DNA of 64,000 nt, taken from assembly GCA_943787795.1 (NCBI GenBank), contig CALSNU010000005.1:160001-224000 (forward strand), in the 5' to 3' direction. A model generated the notes under the pieces. The model worked only from the letters and a program-made list of their open reading frames with translations, was not told where the DNA came from and searched no databases. The translations under genes were made by a program, and so were the position numbers. Below, one piece after another: positions 19,102 to 28,602 of this stretch. Positions within the stretch are counted from its first letter, which is position 1. The number at the start of each line of letters is the position of its first letter. This DNA comes from an uncultured bacterium (GTDB lineage: Bacteria; Planctomycetota; UBA1135; GCA-002686595).

Positions 19102-20663
19102 TGATCATGAAGCACAGCCACGCCCTCCTCGCCGCGCTGCTCGCGGCCTGCGCCGCGGCTCCCGACGCGAGCGTCCCCGGCGCCAGCACCGCAGGCTCCA
19201 ACGCTCTTCGTCCCGAGCGGCGGCCCAACGTGGTCCTGATCTACGGAGACGACGTGGGGTTCGGTGACCTCGGCTGCTACGGCGCCGAGAAGATCCCGAC
19301 GCCGAACCTCGATCGGCTGGCGGCCGAGGGGCTCCGGTTCACCGACGGGCACTGCGCGGCGGGCACCTGCACGCCCTCGCGCTTCGCGCTGCTCAGCGGC
19401 GTGCATGGCTTTCGAAGCGGCGTCCGGGTGCTCCCGCCCAACGCGAGGCTGACCATTGGGGTCGACGCCTGGACGCTCCCCGACACGTTCAAGGCGGCCG
19501 GCTACCGCACCGGCGTGGTGGGGAAGTGGCACCTCGGCCTGGGCGCAGAGGGAGCGCCGGTGGACTGGAACGGGGCGGTGAAGCCCGGGCCCATGGAGTT
19601 GGGTTTTGACGAGTCGTTCCTGCTCCCGTCCACGAACGACCGGGTGCCGTGCGTTTACCTCGAGGGTCACGAGGTGGTGGGGCTCGACCCTGGGGATCCG
19701 CTCTTCGTGGGCAAGCTCAAGGACCTGCCCGAGGGGAGCACGAGCTACCCGAACGGTAGGAAGGAGCCGGAGGCGATGACCTACTACCCGAGCTCCCACG
19801 GGCACAACCAGTCCGTGATCAACGGGATCGGGCGCATCGGATACATGGCGGGCGGCGCGTCGGCGCTCTGGGACGACGAGACCATGGCCGACGTGTTCGT
19901 GGAGCGGGCGACCCGGTTCATCGACGAGAACGCGGAGGAGCCCTTCTTCCTGTTCTTCTCCTCCCAGGACATTCACGTACCGCGCACGCCCCACCCGCGC
20001 TTCCACGGCAAGAGCGAGCTCGGCTACCGGGGGGACGCCATGGTGCAGCTCGACTGGGCCGCGGGCGCCGTCATGGCGGCGCTGGAGGCCCGTGGGCTCG
20101 CGGACGATACGATCGTGATCTTCTCCAGCGACAACGGCCCCGTGTATGACGACGGCTACGTGGACGGCACCACGGTGCTCACGAGCAAGGAGGAGGTGGA
20201 CCGGGGCCATGACGGCTCGGGGCCCTACCGCGGGGGCAAGTACCAGGTGTACGAGGGGGGCACGCGGGTGCCGCTGATCGTCCGCTGGCCGGGGGTCATC
20301 GAGCCCGGCGTCTCGTCTGCGCTCGTGACCCAGGTCGACCTGGTCGCCTCCTTCGCGTCCATGCTGGGCGTGCCGCTCCCAGCGGGGGAGGCCATGGACA
20401 GCCGCGACGCGATGGACGCGCTGCTGGGCCGGGACGCCGTCGGGCGCCAGTTCGTGGTGGAGGAGGCGCGGGGCCTCGCGCTGCGGGACGGGCCTTGGAA
20501 GCTCGTACAGCGGCCGAAGAAGGCGGACGAGCTGTACGACCTCTCCGTCGACGTGGGGGAGGCCTCGAACGTGGCGGCCGACCACCCCGAGCGGGCCGCG
20601 GCGATGGCGGCGCGGCTGGAGCAGGTCCGGTCGGCGGGGCTCAGACCCCTCGGCCTGCGCTGA
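19098..20663 (+). CDS. Arylsulfatase (Cys-type) lipoprotein
   Basis: RPNVVLIYGDD, CTPSR, GKWHLG and SSDNG motifs. Confidence 0.92.
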   Translation: MMIMKHSHALLAALLAACAAAPDASVPGASTAGSNALRPERRPNVVLIYGDDVGFGDLGCYGAEKIPTPNLDRLAAEGLRFTDGHCAAGTCTPSRFALLSGVHGFRSGVRVLPPNARLTIGVDAWTLPDTFKAAGYRTGVVGKWHLGLGAEGAPVDWNGAVKPGPMELGFDESFLLPSTNDRVPCVYLEGHEVVGLDPGDPLFVGKLKDLPEGSTSYPNGRKEPEAMTYYPSSHGHNQSVINGIGRIGYMAGGASALWDDETMADVFVERATRFIDENAEEPFFLFFSSQDIHVPRTPHPRFHGKSELGYRGDAMVQLDWAAGAVMAALEARGLADDTIVIFSSDNGPVYDDGYVDGTTVLTSKEEVDRGHDGSGPYRGGKYQVYEGGTRVPLIVRWPGVIEPGVSSALVTQVDLVASFASMLGVPLPAGEAMDSRDAMDALLGRDAVGRQFVVEEARGLALRDGPWKLVQRPKKADELYDLSVDVGEASNVAADHPERAAAMAARLEQVRSAGLRPLGLR

Positions 20664-20666
20664 GCG

Positions 20667-22418
20667 TCAGCGGCCGATGCAGATCACCTCGGCGCCGGTG
20701 CGGTGGTACAGCCGACCGCCCGCGTACGAGATCGAGTTCGCGGTCCAGACCTCCCCGGCGGGGCCGAGGTCGTTGACCGCGAGCAGGGCGTCTCCATCGA
20801 ATGGGCGTGCGGCGGCATCGAGGACGTACACCACGCCGCTGGCCAGGGTGAAGTACAGGCGGTCGTTCACGCGCGTCGGCGAGCCGTTGAAGACCCAGTC
20901 CCACCCGTCCCATCGAGAGCGGTCGTCGCCGGTGACCTCGAGGCCGCGGCTGTTGAGGGGGCGCGCGACCCGCGGCGTGCGCCAAAGGAAGGCCGGGCCC
21001 CCGCCGGTCATGCTCTCGGTGGCCCTGTTCCCCTCTGCGGGGCCCGAGGTCACGTCCGTCGGGACCTCCAGATACTCCACCGTCCCGGCCGTCGGGTCCA
21101 CTCGACCGAAGCTGTAGGCAGGCCCGATGCTGGGCTTGCCCCACGCCGTGGCGTAGCACTGGAACGTCACGGTCCCACCGGCGGCGATCATGGAGTATCG
21201 AGCGGGGAAGACCCCCTTCTCCAGGTCGACGTCCTCGGCGGTGATCCAGGCGCCAAGAGAGGGGTTGAAGGTCCGTCGAGTGACGCCCTCGACCAGGGAG
21301 ATGGACCGCACCTCCTCGCCCGTGGCGAGGTCGAGGACCACCAGCTCGTTGCGGGGCTCCTTGAGGATCCAGTACGCGTACCGGCCATCGTGGGCCATGG
21401 TCTGAAGGGACGCCTCGTGGTTGCCGCGCGGATCCTCGAAGCGCCAGCTCCGGGCCCCGGCGCCGTCGCCGGTCACGTCGGTGAGGGAGACGCCCACGGG
21501 GCGCTCCGGGACCGCGTGGGGACCGCCCCGGGCGTGGAGCATGCGCGGGGCGGGGCCGGCCACGAGGGTGGGCGCGTTGTACTGGGTCAGGCCGTCCTCG
21601 CTCCTCCAGAGCTCGGCGCCGGTCGCCGCGTCGAGGCCCACCAGGTAGTGCCATCGACCGTGGAGCTCCCTGTCGCCGCTCCCCGCTGGGCTGTCGCCGC
21701 TCCCCGCAGGGGCGGCGCCGCTCCCCGCAGGGCCGGGGCCGGCCCCACCCTCCGGCGCAAAGGGCTCCATGTGCACGAACACCTGCCGGTCCCCCTCGTC
21801 GATCAGTACGGGCTCGAACTGCTTGTTGAAGGGCCCATCGAAGGCGGGCGTATAGGCTCGCTCCCAACGGACCTCGCCCTCGAGGTCGAAGCACACCACG
21901 CGCCCTGCGGCGTTGGTGAAGATCACGCCGCCAGCGCACGCCACAGGAGAGGCGGCCGTGGCGTCAGAGAAGGGGTAGGTGTAGATGGCGGGGACGCTCC
22001 CCTCGATCCGCCGGGTCCAGAGCACCGCGCCGGTGTCCGCGTCGAGGCAGTGGGCGTCGATGTGCATGCCCACCACGCCCCGGCCCTCTGTGGCGTGCTT
22101 GAAGCGAGCGGCCTCCTCCGGAGCGAGGGCATTCGCCGGATCCCAAGGCGCCATGGAGGCGACGAAGGCGCGCTGGCCGGCCACGATGACGCCGCCTTGA
22201 CCCGTCTCCGGGAGCGGCGCTCGCCAGAGGACGTTCTCGCCCCGGCGGACGCTGAAGTGCAGCGGAGGTGGGGGGCCCTCGCTGCTCCAGTCTCCGTTCG
22301 GGCCCGGCCCCTGGGGCCAGTCGGCGCCGGGCGAGGCGCCGCCGCTGACGGAGGCGCAGGCGACCGCGAGCGGGAGCAAGGAGAGGGCGGCGAGCGTCGG
22401 GAGGGACAGCGGCTTCAT
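20667..22418 (-). CDS. PQQ-like beta-propeller lipoprotein
   Basis: AVAC lipobox, ADWPQ..GP, repeated LDAxTG..LW blades. Contains an internal 21-bp repeat linker. Confidence 0.8.
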   Translation of the reverse strand: MKPLSLPTLAALSLLPLAVACASVSGGASPGADWPQGPGPNGDWSSEGPPPPLHFSVRRGENVLWRAPLPETGQGGVIVAGQRAFVASMAPWDPANALAPEEAARFKHATEGRGVVGMHIDAHCLDADTGAVLWTRRIEGSVPAIYTYPFSDATAASPVACAGGVIFTNAAGRVVCFDLEGEVRWERAYTPAFDGPFNKQFEPVLIDEGDRQVFVHMEPFAPEGGAGPGPAGSGAAPAGSGDSPAGSGDRELHGRWHYLVGLDAATGAELWRSEDGLTQYNAPTLVAGPAPRMLHARGGPHAVPERPVGVSLTDVTGDGAGARSWRFEDPRGNHEASLQTMAHDGRYAYWILKEPRNELVVLDLATGEEVRSISLVEGVTRRTFNPSLGAWITAEDVDLEKGVFPARYSMIAAGGTVTFQCYATAWGKPSIGPAYSFGRVDPTAGTVEYLEVPTDVTSGPAEGNRATESMTGGGPAFLWRTPRVARPLNSRGLEVTGDDRSRWDGWDWVFNGSPTRVNDRLYFTLASGVVYVLDAAARPFDGDALLAVNDLGPAGEVWTANSISYAGGRLYHRTGAEVICIGR

Positions 22419-22524
22419 TCCCCGAGGATAGGGCGGCCGCTCGGGAACGGCGACGTCGGGGGCAGGATCGACGCCACGCCAGCGCTTCAGGGGAGGAGCA
22501 GACTCCCAAGGCGCGGGGCGCGGC

Positions 22525-24252
22525 TCACCGACACTGGAAGTCGGCGACGATCAGCTCCACCTGGGTGCGCCCGCGCCAATGGCTGAGGCGCGGCGTGAAG
22601 ACGAGGTCCACCGGTCGAGACATGCGGAGCTCGTGCTCGCGGCTCGCCATGCCGAAGGCGAGCGCCTTCAGGACGGTCGTGCCCGAGCGGACCTGCAGCA
22701 GCATGTGGGTGCGGTCCTGGCCGATGATGCGGGGCATCTCGTCGAGGCGGATGTCCTCGGCGAGGAGGACGGGCTGCGGGTTACCCTCGCCGCAGGGCTC
22801 CAGTCGTTGGATCTGGCGCATGAGGCTCTCGTCGAAGCCCTGGAGCTGGACCCGGGTGTCGATGCGGAGATCCTGGACCGCGTCCCTGGGGGGGAGCTCC
22901 TTCGCCTTCGCGACCAGCGAGGCGCGCAGGTCGTCGAGGCGGTCGCCCTGGATCTCGCACCCGGCCGCCATGGCGTGCCCGCCGAAGCGATTCATGTGGT
23001 CCGCGCCCGCGCGCATGATCTCCAGCACGCTGATGCCGGGGACGGAGCGCGCGCTCCCGCGACCGATGCCCTCGTCGTCGATGCCGATGATGAGGGCTGG
23101 CCGATGGAATCGGTCCACGATCCGCGAGGCGACGATGCCGACCACGCCGGGGTGCCAGCCCGCGCCGCCGAGGACCATGATCGGATACGCCTCGGGGTCC
23201 GCGAACTGCTCCGCTTGCTCGAGGGCCTCCTCGAGGACACCGCGCTCCACCTGGCGGCGCGCGTCATTGAGGGACTCGAGGTGCTCGGCGTGGCGGCGGC
23301 CCTCCACCGCGTCGGCGGCGAGCAGCGTCTCCACGGCGCGCGCCGCGCTGTCCATGCGTCCGCTGGCGTTGATGCGCGGACCGATCTGGAAGCCGATGTC
23401 CTCGGCGGTCAAGGCCCTCCCCGCGAGGTCGGTGCGCTCGAGGAGCGCCTGGACCCCCGGCGACGGCGACTCGTGCAGAGCGCGCAGGCCGAAGTGCGCG
23501 AGGATGCGGTTCTCGCCGATCAGGGGCACCACGTCGCAGACCGTCGCGATGGCCACGTAGCCGAGGGCCTCGAGGAGGAACTGCCGGAGGTCGGGGCGGA
23601 CCTTGTCGCCGTCGCTCATGCGCTGGCATACGGCCCAGGCCAACTTGAAGGCCACCGCGCTCCCGCAGAGTTCACGGAAGGGGTAGGTGGACGTGGGGAG
23701 CTTGGGGTTCACCAGCGCGAACGTCGGCGGCAGGTCGCCCTCGGGGGGCTCGTGGTGGTCCGTGACGATGACATCGACGCCGGCGTCGCGGAGCGCGGCG
23801 ATGGGCTCCACCGCCGAAGTGCCGTTGTCCACGGAGATGACGAGCGTCGCGCCGGTGTCCTTGGCCTTGACGACCGAGTGGTCGCCGAAGGAGTAGCCAT
23901 CCTTCGTGCGATGGGGGATGTGCCACTCGACCTTCGCGCCCAGGTGCTTCAGGAAGCGCACGAGGAGGACGGTGCCGCTGACGCCGTCCACGTCGTAGTC
24001 CCCGTGAACCAGCACGGTCTCGCCGTCCGCGACCGCCCTCTCGAGGCGCTCGGCGGCGCGCTCCATCTCGGGCAGCCCCGCCGGATCATTCAGGCCGTGC
24101 AGCGTCGGGGCCAGTTGGGCTGCGGCAGCCTGGGGCGTGCCGTGACCTCGGTTGACCAGGAGCCGCGCCAGAACGTCCGGGACCCGCTCGGAACGCACGA
24201 GCCCCTGGACCTGGTCGAGATCGGGCTCCATCAGGTTCCAGTGACCTGGCAA
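22525..24252 (-). CDS. recJ: Single-stranded-DNA-specific exonuclease RecJ
   Basis: GDYDVDG, SVDNG, TDHH, GPRINASGR and FGGHAMAAG motifs. Start uncertain (TTG 24252, ATG 24231 or TTG 24330). Confidence 0.95.
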   Translation of the reverse strand: MPGHWNLMEPDLDQVQGLVRSERVPDVLARLLVNRGHGTPQAAAAQLAPTLHGLNDPAGLPEMERAAERLERAVADGETVLVHGDYDVDGVSGTVLLVRFLKHLGAKVEWHIPHRTKDGYSFGDHSVVKAKDTGATLVISVDNGTSAVEPIAALRDAGVDVIVTDHHEPPEGDLPPTFALVNPKLPTSTYPFRELCGSAVAFKLAWAVCQRMSDGDKVRPDLRQFLLEALGYVAIATVCDVVPLIGENRILAHFGLRALHESPSPGVQALLERTDLAGRALTAEDIGFQIGPRINASGRMDSAARAVETLLAADAVEGRRHAEHLESLNDARRQVERGVLEEALEQAEQFADPEAYPIMVLGGAGWHPGVVGIVASRIVDRFHRPALIIGIDDEGIGRGSARSVPGISVLEIMRAGADHMNRFGGHAMAAGCEIQGDRLDDLRASLVAKAKELPPRDAVQDLRIDTRVQLQGFDESLMRQIQRLEPCGEGNPQPVLLAEDIRLDEMPRIIGQDRTHMLLQVRSGTTVLKALAFGMASREHELRMSRPVDLVFTPRLSHWRGRTQVELIVADFQCR

Positions 24253-24405
24253 GACGGGGAGTGCGCTGGCGCCTGAGGGGCGCGAAGCTGAGGCCGAGGC
24301 CGTGGGGGGGGGGATGCGCCATGGGCACAACCTAACAGCGGTTCGGACCGGGATCGAGCCCGGCGGCGCGACGGACGGCTCGTCGGGCGCTAATCTCGGG
24401 GCACC

Positions 24406-25914
24406 ATGAGTTCCGGTAAGCAGGCCAACAGCGAGGCAAACCCGTTCCGAGCCCTCCCGAGCGTGGACGAGGGGCGTCGGGTGCTCGACGGGATCCTGGA
24501 TGCTCCCGCAGGCGGCCCTGCCGGTGACACGACCGGTGATCAGGCGGGCGACCCGTCGGGTCATTCACTGAACGCCGACGCTCGCCTGGGCGCGATCCCG
24601 GCGGCAGTGCGCACCGAGCTCGTCCAGCAGGAGCTGGACGCCTTCCGGCGGCGCATCGGCAAGGACGGCCTGAGCGGGGCGGACGTGGAGGCGGAGCTCT
24701 CTGGCGGTGCGTTCGAGGCAGCGCTTTCCGCGCGAGCCAGGGTGGAGGCTGGCCGAGGGGTCCGCTCGGCCGTGAACGCCACCGGGGTCGTGCTGCACAC
24801 CAACCTCGGGCGGGCGCCGGTGCATCCCGAGGCGGCCGAGCGCATGCGCGCCGCCGCCGAGGGGTACTGCGTGCTCGAGATGGATCGCTTCAGCGCGCGG
24901 CGCAACGAACGCGACGCGCGCCTCGGGGTGCTTCTCTCCCGCCTCACCGGCGCAGAGGTCGGTATCGCCGTGAACAACTGCGCCGGCGCCGCCTTCCTGA
25001 TGATGCAGACATTCGCCGGCGGGCGTGAGGCGGTCGTGAGTCGAGGCGAACTCGTCGAGATCGGTGGTTCGTTTCGGGTCCCTGACGTGATGGCGCGCGC
25101 GGGGGTGCGGATGATCGAGGTCGGTACCACGAACCGCACGCGGGCCGTGGACTACGAGCGCGCGATCGGGCCGGATACGGGGCTGCTCATGAAGGTTCAC
25201 ACGAGCAACTATCGGGTCGTGGGCTTCACCGAGGAGGCGGACCCGGCGGAGCTCGCGCAGCTTGGCAAGGAGCACGGGGTGACCTCGGGCTGGGACCTCG
25301 GATCGGGGCGCATCGAGGTCGAGGGGACACGCCCCCTCGACGAGGTCGGCGACGAGACCGTGGTGCGCGACGCCGTGGCCACAGGCGTTGACGTGGTGGC
25401 CTTCTCCGGGGACAAGCTCCTCGGGGGCCCCCAGGCCGGGCTGATCGTTGGCCGTCGGGACTCGATCCGGGCCCTGCGGGCCAATCCCATCTACCGTGCG
25501 CTCCGCCTGGACAAGGTCGCGCTCGCTGGCCTCGAGGCCACCCTCGAGCTGCTGCTCGCTGGACGCGGCGGTGAGATCCCCTCACGCCGCCTCATGCATC
25601 GGCCTGAGGCCGAGCTGGCCGAGGCCGCTGGCCGTATCGCGGCGGCCATCGACGCGCTCCCCGGCTTCGCCGCCGAGGCGGTCCCCGAAAAATCGCAGCC
25701 CGGCAGCGGCAGCGCGCCGACGATCTTCCTGCCCACGACCGCGGTCCGTGTGTCGGCGGACGGGCAGTCGGCCGAGTCCCTCGCCACCGGCCTCAGGGCC
25801 GGCGAGCCGCCGGTCTTCGTTCGAATTCATGAGGACGCCGTCCTGCTGGATCCGCGCGCGCTCCTGCCCGGGGATGAGGAGCGCCTCCTGGCAGCCTTCG
25901 CGGCGATCGCCTGA
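24406..25914 (+). CDS. selA: L-seryl-tRNA(Sec) selenium transferase
   Basis: NATGVVLHTNLGRAP, SRGELVEIGGSFR, EVGTTNRT and FSGDKLLGGPQAG (PLP lysine). Confidence 0.96.
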   Translation: MSSGKQANSEANPFRALPSVDEGRRVLDGILDAPAGGPAGDTTGDQAGDPSGHSLNADARLGAIPAAVRTELVQQELDAFRRRIGKDGLSGADVEAELSGGAFEAALSARARVEAGRGVRSAVNATGVVLHTNLGRAPVHPEAAERMRAAAEGYCVLEMDRFSARRNERDARLGVLLSRLTGAEVGIAVNNCAGAAFLMMQTFAGGREAVVSRGELVEIGGSFRVPDVMARAGVRMIEVGTTNRTRAVDYERAIGPDTGLLMKVHTSNYRVVGFTEEADPAELAQLGKEHGVTSGWDLGSGRIEVEGTRPLDEVGDETVVRDAVATGVDVVAFSGDKLLGGPQAGLIVGRRDSIRALRANPIYRALRLDKVALAGLEATLELLLAGRGGEIPSRRLMHRPEAELAEAAGRIAAAIDALPGFAAEAVPEKSQPGSGSAPTIFLPTTAVRVSADGQSAESLATGLRAGEPPVFVRIHEDAVLLDPRALLPGDEERLLAAFAAIA

Positions 25915-26043
25915 GGCTCGCTGGAGGCGCGGGCCGGTGGCTTGTCCTCGGCCTGGTCCTGAATCGAGGTCCTCTGGGCGCGCGGGGCGAGCTCAACCCT
26001 GGTCGGCTGGGCGGATGCGCCGCGCGGCCGATCCCAGGGCACG

Positions 26044-26113
26044 GCCTTAGCCGCTCTGGCTCCGCTGCTTCGGCCCTGCTGCTTCGGCTCTACTGCTCCG
26101 GTGCCTCCGCTCT
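26044..26113. repeat. Degenerate 14-bp tandem repeat x5 between selA and selD
   Basis: Core units ggctccgctgcttc / ggccctgctgcttc / ggctctactgctcc. Confidence 0.65.
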
Positions 26114-26238
26114 GGCGCCCGCGCGGTCACCGGGGCGGCGTGAACTCCCCACCCGATCGGGAATCCGCTGCTCGCTTCGCTTCCAAGGGGGCGGGCGTGG
26201 GCTTAGAGTCGCGGCGGGGAAGCGCCCCGACCAACATC

Positions 26239-27306
26239 ATGTTCAAACGCAACAAGCGACTCACCGACTACGCCGCCTGCGCGGGCTGAGCGGCCAAGAT
26301 GCCCATGGGGCAGCTCACGCAGGTGCTGCGTGACCTTGATCCGTCCTCCGATCCACGACTCATCGTCGGTCCTCAGACCGTCGACGACGCGGGCGTCGTC
26401 GTGCTCGGTGAGCGCGACGGCCTCCCCTCAGGGGTCGAGGTCGCGCTCGTGCAGACCGTGGACTACTTCCCGCCGGTGCTCGACGACGCCTACCTCTACG
26501 GCGCCGTCGCCGCGGCCAACTCTCTCTCGGACGTCTACGCCATGGGGGGGCGGCCCATCAGCGCGCTCAACCTGGCCGGGTTCCCGAAGGACTTCAACGA
26601 GCAGTGGATCGCCGACATCTTCCGGGGCGGCTTCGAGAAGGTCGCCGAGGCCGGGGCGGTGGTCGCTGGCGGGCACACGGTCGAGGCGCCCGAGCCCCAG
26701 TTCGGGTTCGCGGTCACGGGGATCGTGGAAAGGGCTCACCTCGCGGACAACGCGGGGGCCCAGCCGGGGGACGTCCTCTACCTGACCAAGTCGCTCGGGA
26801 TGGGGTCGATGACCACCGCGGGCAAGTTCCGCAAGGCGCCCGAGGCCACCGTCCGAGCCGCGGCCGAGCAGATGGCCACGCTCAACAACCGCGCGGCTGA
26901 GGCGATGAACAGCGCGGGCTCACACGCCTGCACGGACATCACCGGCTTCGGCCTGAACGGGCACGCCAGCAACATCGCGCGCTCGTCGGGGGTGACCATG
27001 CGCTTTGACCTCTCCGCGGTTCCGATCTTCCCGGGCGCGCGCGACCTGGCCGCCAGGGGCATCGTCTCGGGCGGCGTCAAGCGCGGCAAGTCCGCCCTCG
27101 CCGGTCAGGTGCAGGTTGCCAAGGGGCTCGACCAGGCGCTTGTGGACATCTCCTACGACGCGGAGACCTCGGGCGGCCTGCTGATCGTCCTCCCCGAAGC
27201 CCATGCTCCCAAGCTCGAGGACGAGCTCGCCCGGCGGGACGTCGAGGTGCACCGGATCGGTGAGGTGCTCCCGAGGGAGGGTGACTCTCTCGTGCAGCTG
27301 GTCTAG
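26239..27306 (+). CDS. selD: Selenide, water dikinase (selenophosphate synthetase), selenocysteine-containing (UGA at 26287-26289)
   Basis: ATG 26239 gives MFKRNKRLTDYAACAG-TGA-AAKMPMG, in frame with ORF 26299..27306 (DDAG, QTVDYF, ANSLSDVYAMGG, TDITGFGL, ETSGGLL). U17/K20 match the catalytic Cys17/Lys20 of E. coli SelD. Confidence 0.95.
26287..26317 (+). promoter_or_regulatory. Putative bacterial SECIS hairpin
   Basis: TGAGC (26287-91) pairs with GCTCA (26313-17). Apical stem TGCCC-ATG-GGGCA (26300-12) lies directly 3' of the UGA. Confidence 0.7.
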
Positions 27307-27333
27307 GAGAGAGCCCGCCCCCGTCCTCCCATC

Positions 27334-28602
27334 ATGGAACGAATCGCTCGCCTGCTCCCTCCCGTCGCCCTGCTCCTCGCCGTCGCGGCCTGTCGGGTCG
27401 CTCCCGGCCCGGAAGTCGTACCGGAGATCGCACCTTTGGGCCCGGAGCCCCTGTCCGTTCCGGCCGTCCTCAGTGACGCCTGGGAGCTCTCCACGGTCTT
27501 CCGTGGCGACACCCGGATCAACGGCGTGGCCTGTGGAGAGCTCGACCCCTCATCGCCCGGGGACGAGATCGTCGCCGTGGATCGGCGCGGCGCCGTGCGT
27601 GCGTTCCGGCGGTCGGGCGAGGGCTTCGAGCCCATGGACTTCCGGCCCGCCGGTGGGGCCAGCATGGGGGAGCTCGTGCAGGTCATCTGCGCCGACCTCC
27701 TTCCCTCCGTGCCCGGGGACGAGATCGTCGCGGTAGGCATGTTCGAGGGTGGGGAGGACGACGGGGGCCGCGGCATCGTCCGGGTGTTCGCTCGCTTGCC
27801 CTGGGGCGATGGCGAGGGCTGGATGGGGGCCAGCCTGGTGACGCCCGGCCTCGTACACGCCGTGGCGGCGGGGGATCTCGACCCGTCGCGTCCGGGCCTG
27901 GAGGTCGTGGTCGCAGGATACTTCGGCGAGGCGCGGTTGCTCGGGGTCACGCTGACGGACCAGTGGTACGCGGTGGAGGATCTCTCGGGTGCCCATGAGC
28001 TCGGTCACGAAGGGAACGCCAAGGGGGCGTGCCTCACGGCGGGCGGGTTCGCCCTCGCCTGTGACGATGGCGGCCTCAGCGAGTTCACCCGCGGCGACGA
28101 TGGGGCCCTCTCGATCCATGGGCGACGTGACCTCGGCGCGGCCCTTGCGCGCATCGCGCCCTTCCCTGGAGACGGCGTGGTCGTGTGCGACAACGGTGGG
28201 ATGCTGCGCGTCATCGAGCGTGGCGCTGGCGGTCAACTCAACGGGGCCGTGACGGGCCTGGAGCGGGCGGACAATCGACTGCGCGGTGCCGTGGTCGCGG
28301 ACCTCGTCCCCGGGGATGAGGGCGTCGAGGTGGCCACCGCGGGCTACGACGGGGTCATCCGGGTCGTGACCCTGGAGAACGTCGAGATCCGCTCGATGGA
28401 TCACCCCAACCGGGCGGCGAGGTCGGGGCTCATGAGCTCCAAGCGCTCCGTGGCCCGTGACTCGGCCAAGCTCCACCACCTGACCACCGGGGAAATCGAC
28501 GGGCTCGGGTTGTGCCTCGTGAGCTGCGGCTACTCGGGGAGCGTGCTCGTGGTGCACCGCGTCGAGGCGCGCCGCGCTCCCATGACCTCGCAAGAGCCGT
28601 GA
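27334..28602 (+). CDS. Lipoprotein with FG-GAP-like beta-propeller repeats
   Basis: VAAC lipobox; repeated (G/A)DL.P..PG.E(I/V)V motifs. Confidence 0.7.
   Translation: MERIARLLPPVALLLAVAACRVAPGPEVVPEIAPLGPEPLSVPAVLSDAWELSTVFRGDTRINGVACGELDPSSPGDEIVAVDRRGAVRAFRRSGEGFEPMDFRPAGGASMGELVQVICADLLPSVPGDEIVAVGMFEGGEDDGGRGIVRVFARLPWGDGEGWMGASLVTPGLVHAVAAGDLDPSRPGLEVVVAGYFGEARLLGVTLTDQWYAVEDLSGAHELGHEGNAKGACLTAGGFALACDDGGLSEFTRGDDGALSIHGRRDLGAALARIAPFPGDGVVVCDNGGMLRVIERGAGGQLNGAVTGLERADNRLRGAVVADLVPGDEGVEVATAGYDGVIRVVTLENVEIRSMDHPNRAARSGLMSSKRSVARDSAKLHHLTTGEIDGLGLCLVSCGYSGSVLVVHRVEARRAPMTSQEP

Noticed and set aside
25915..26238. Possible tRNA-Sec (selC) between selA and selD
   Set aside because: No cloverleaf with a UCA anticodon loop or T-arm signature was found by eye; only a degenerate 14-bp repeat.
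26101..26289. 62-aa ORF ending at TGA 26289
   Set aside because: Its 3' part is the N-terminus of selD; the TGA is best read as selenocysteine.
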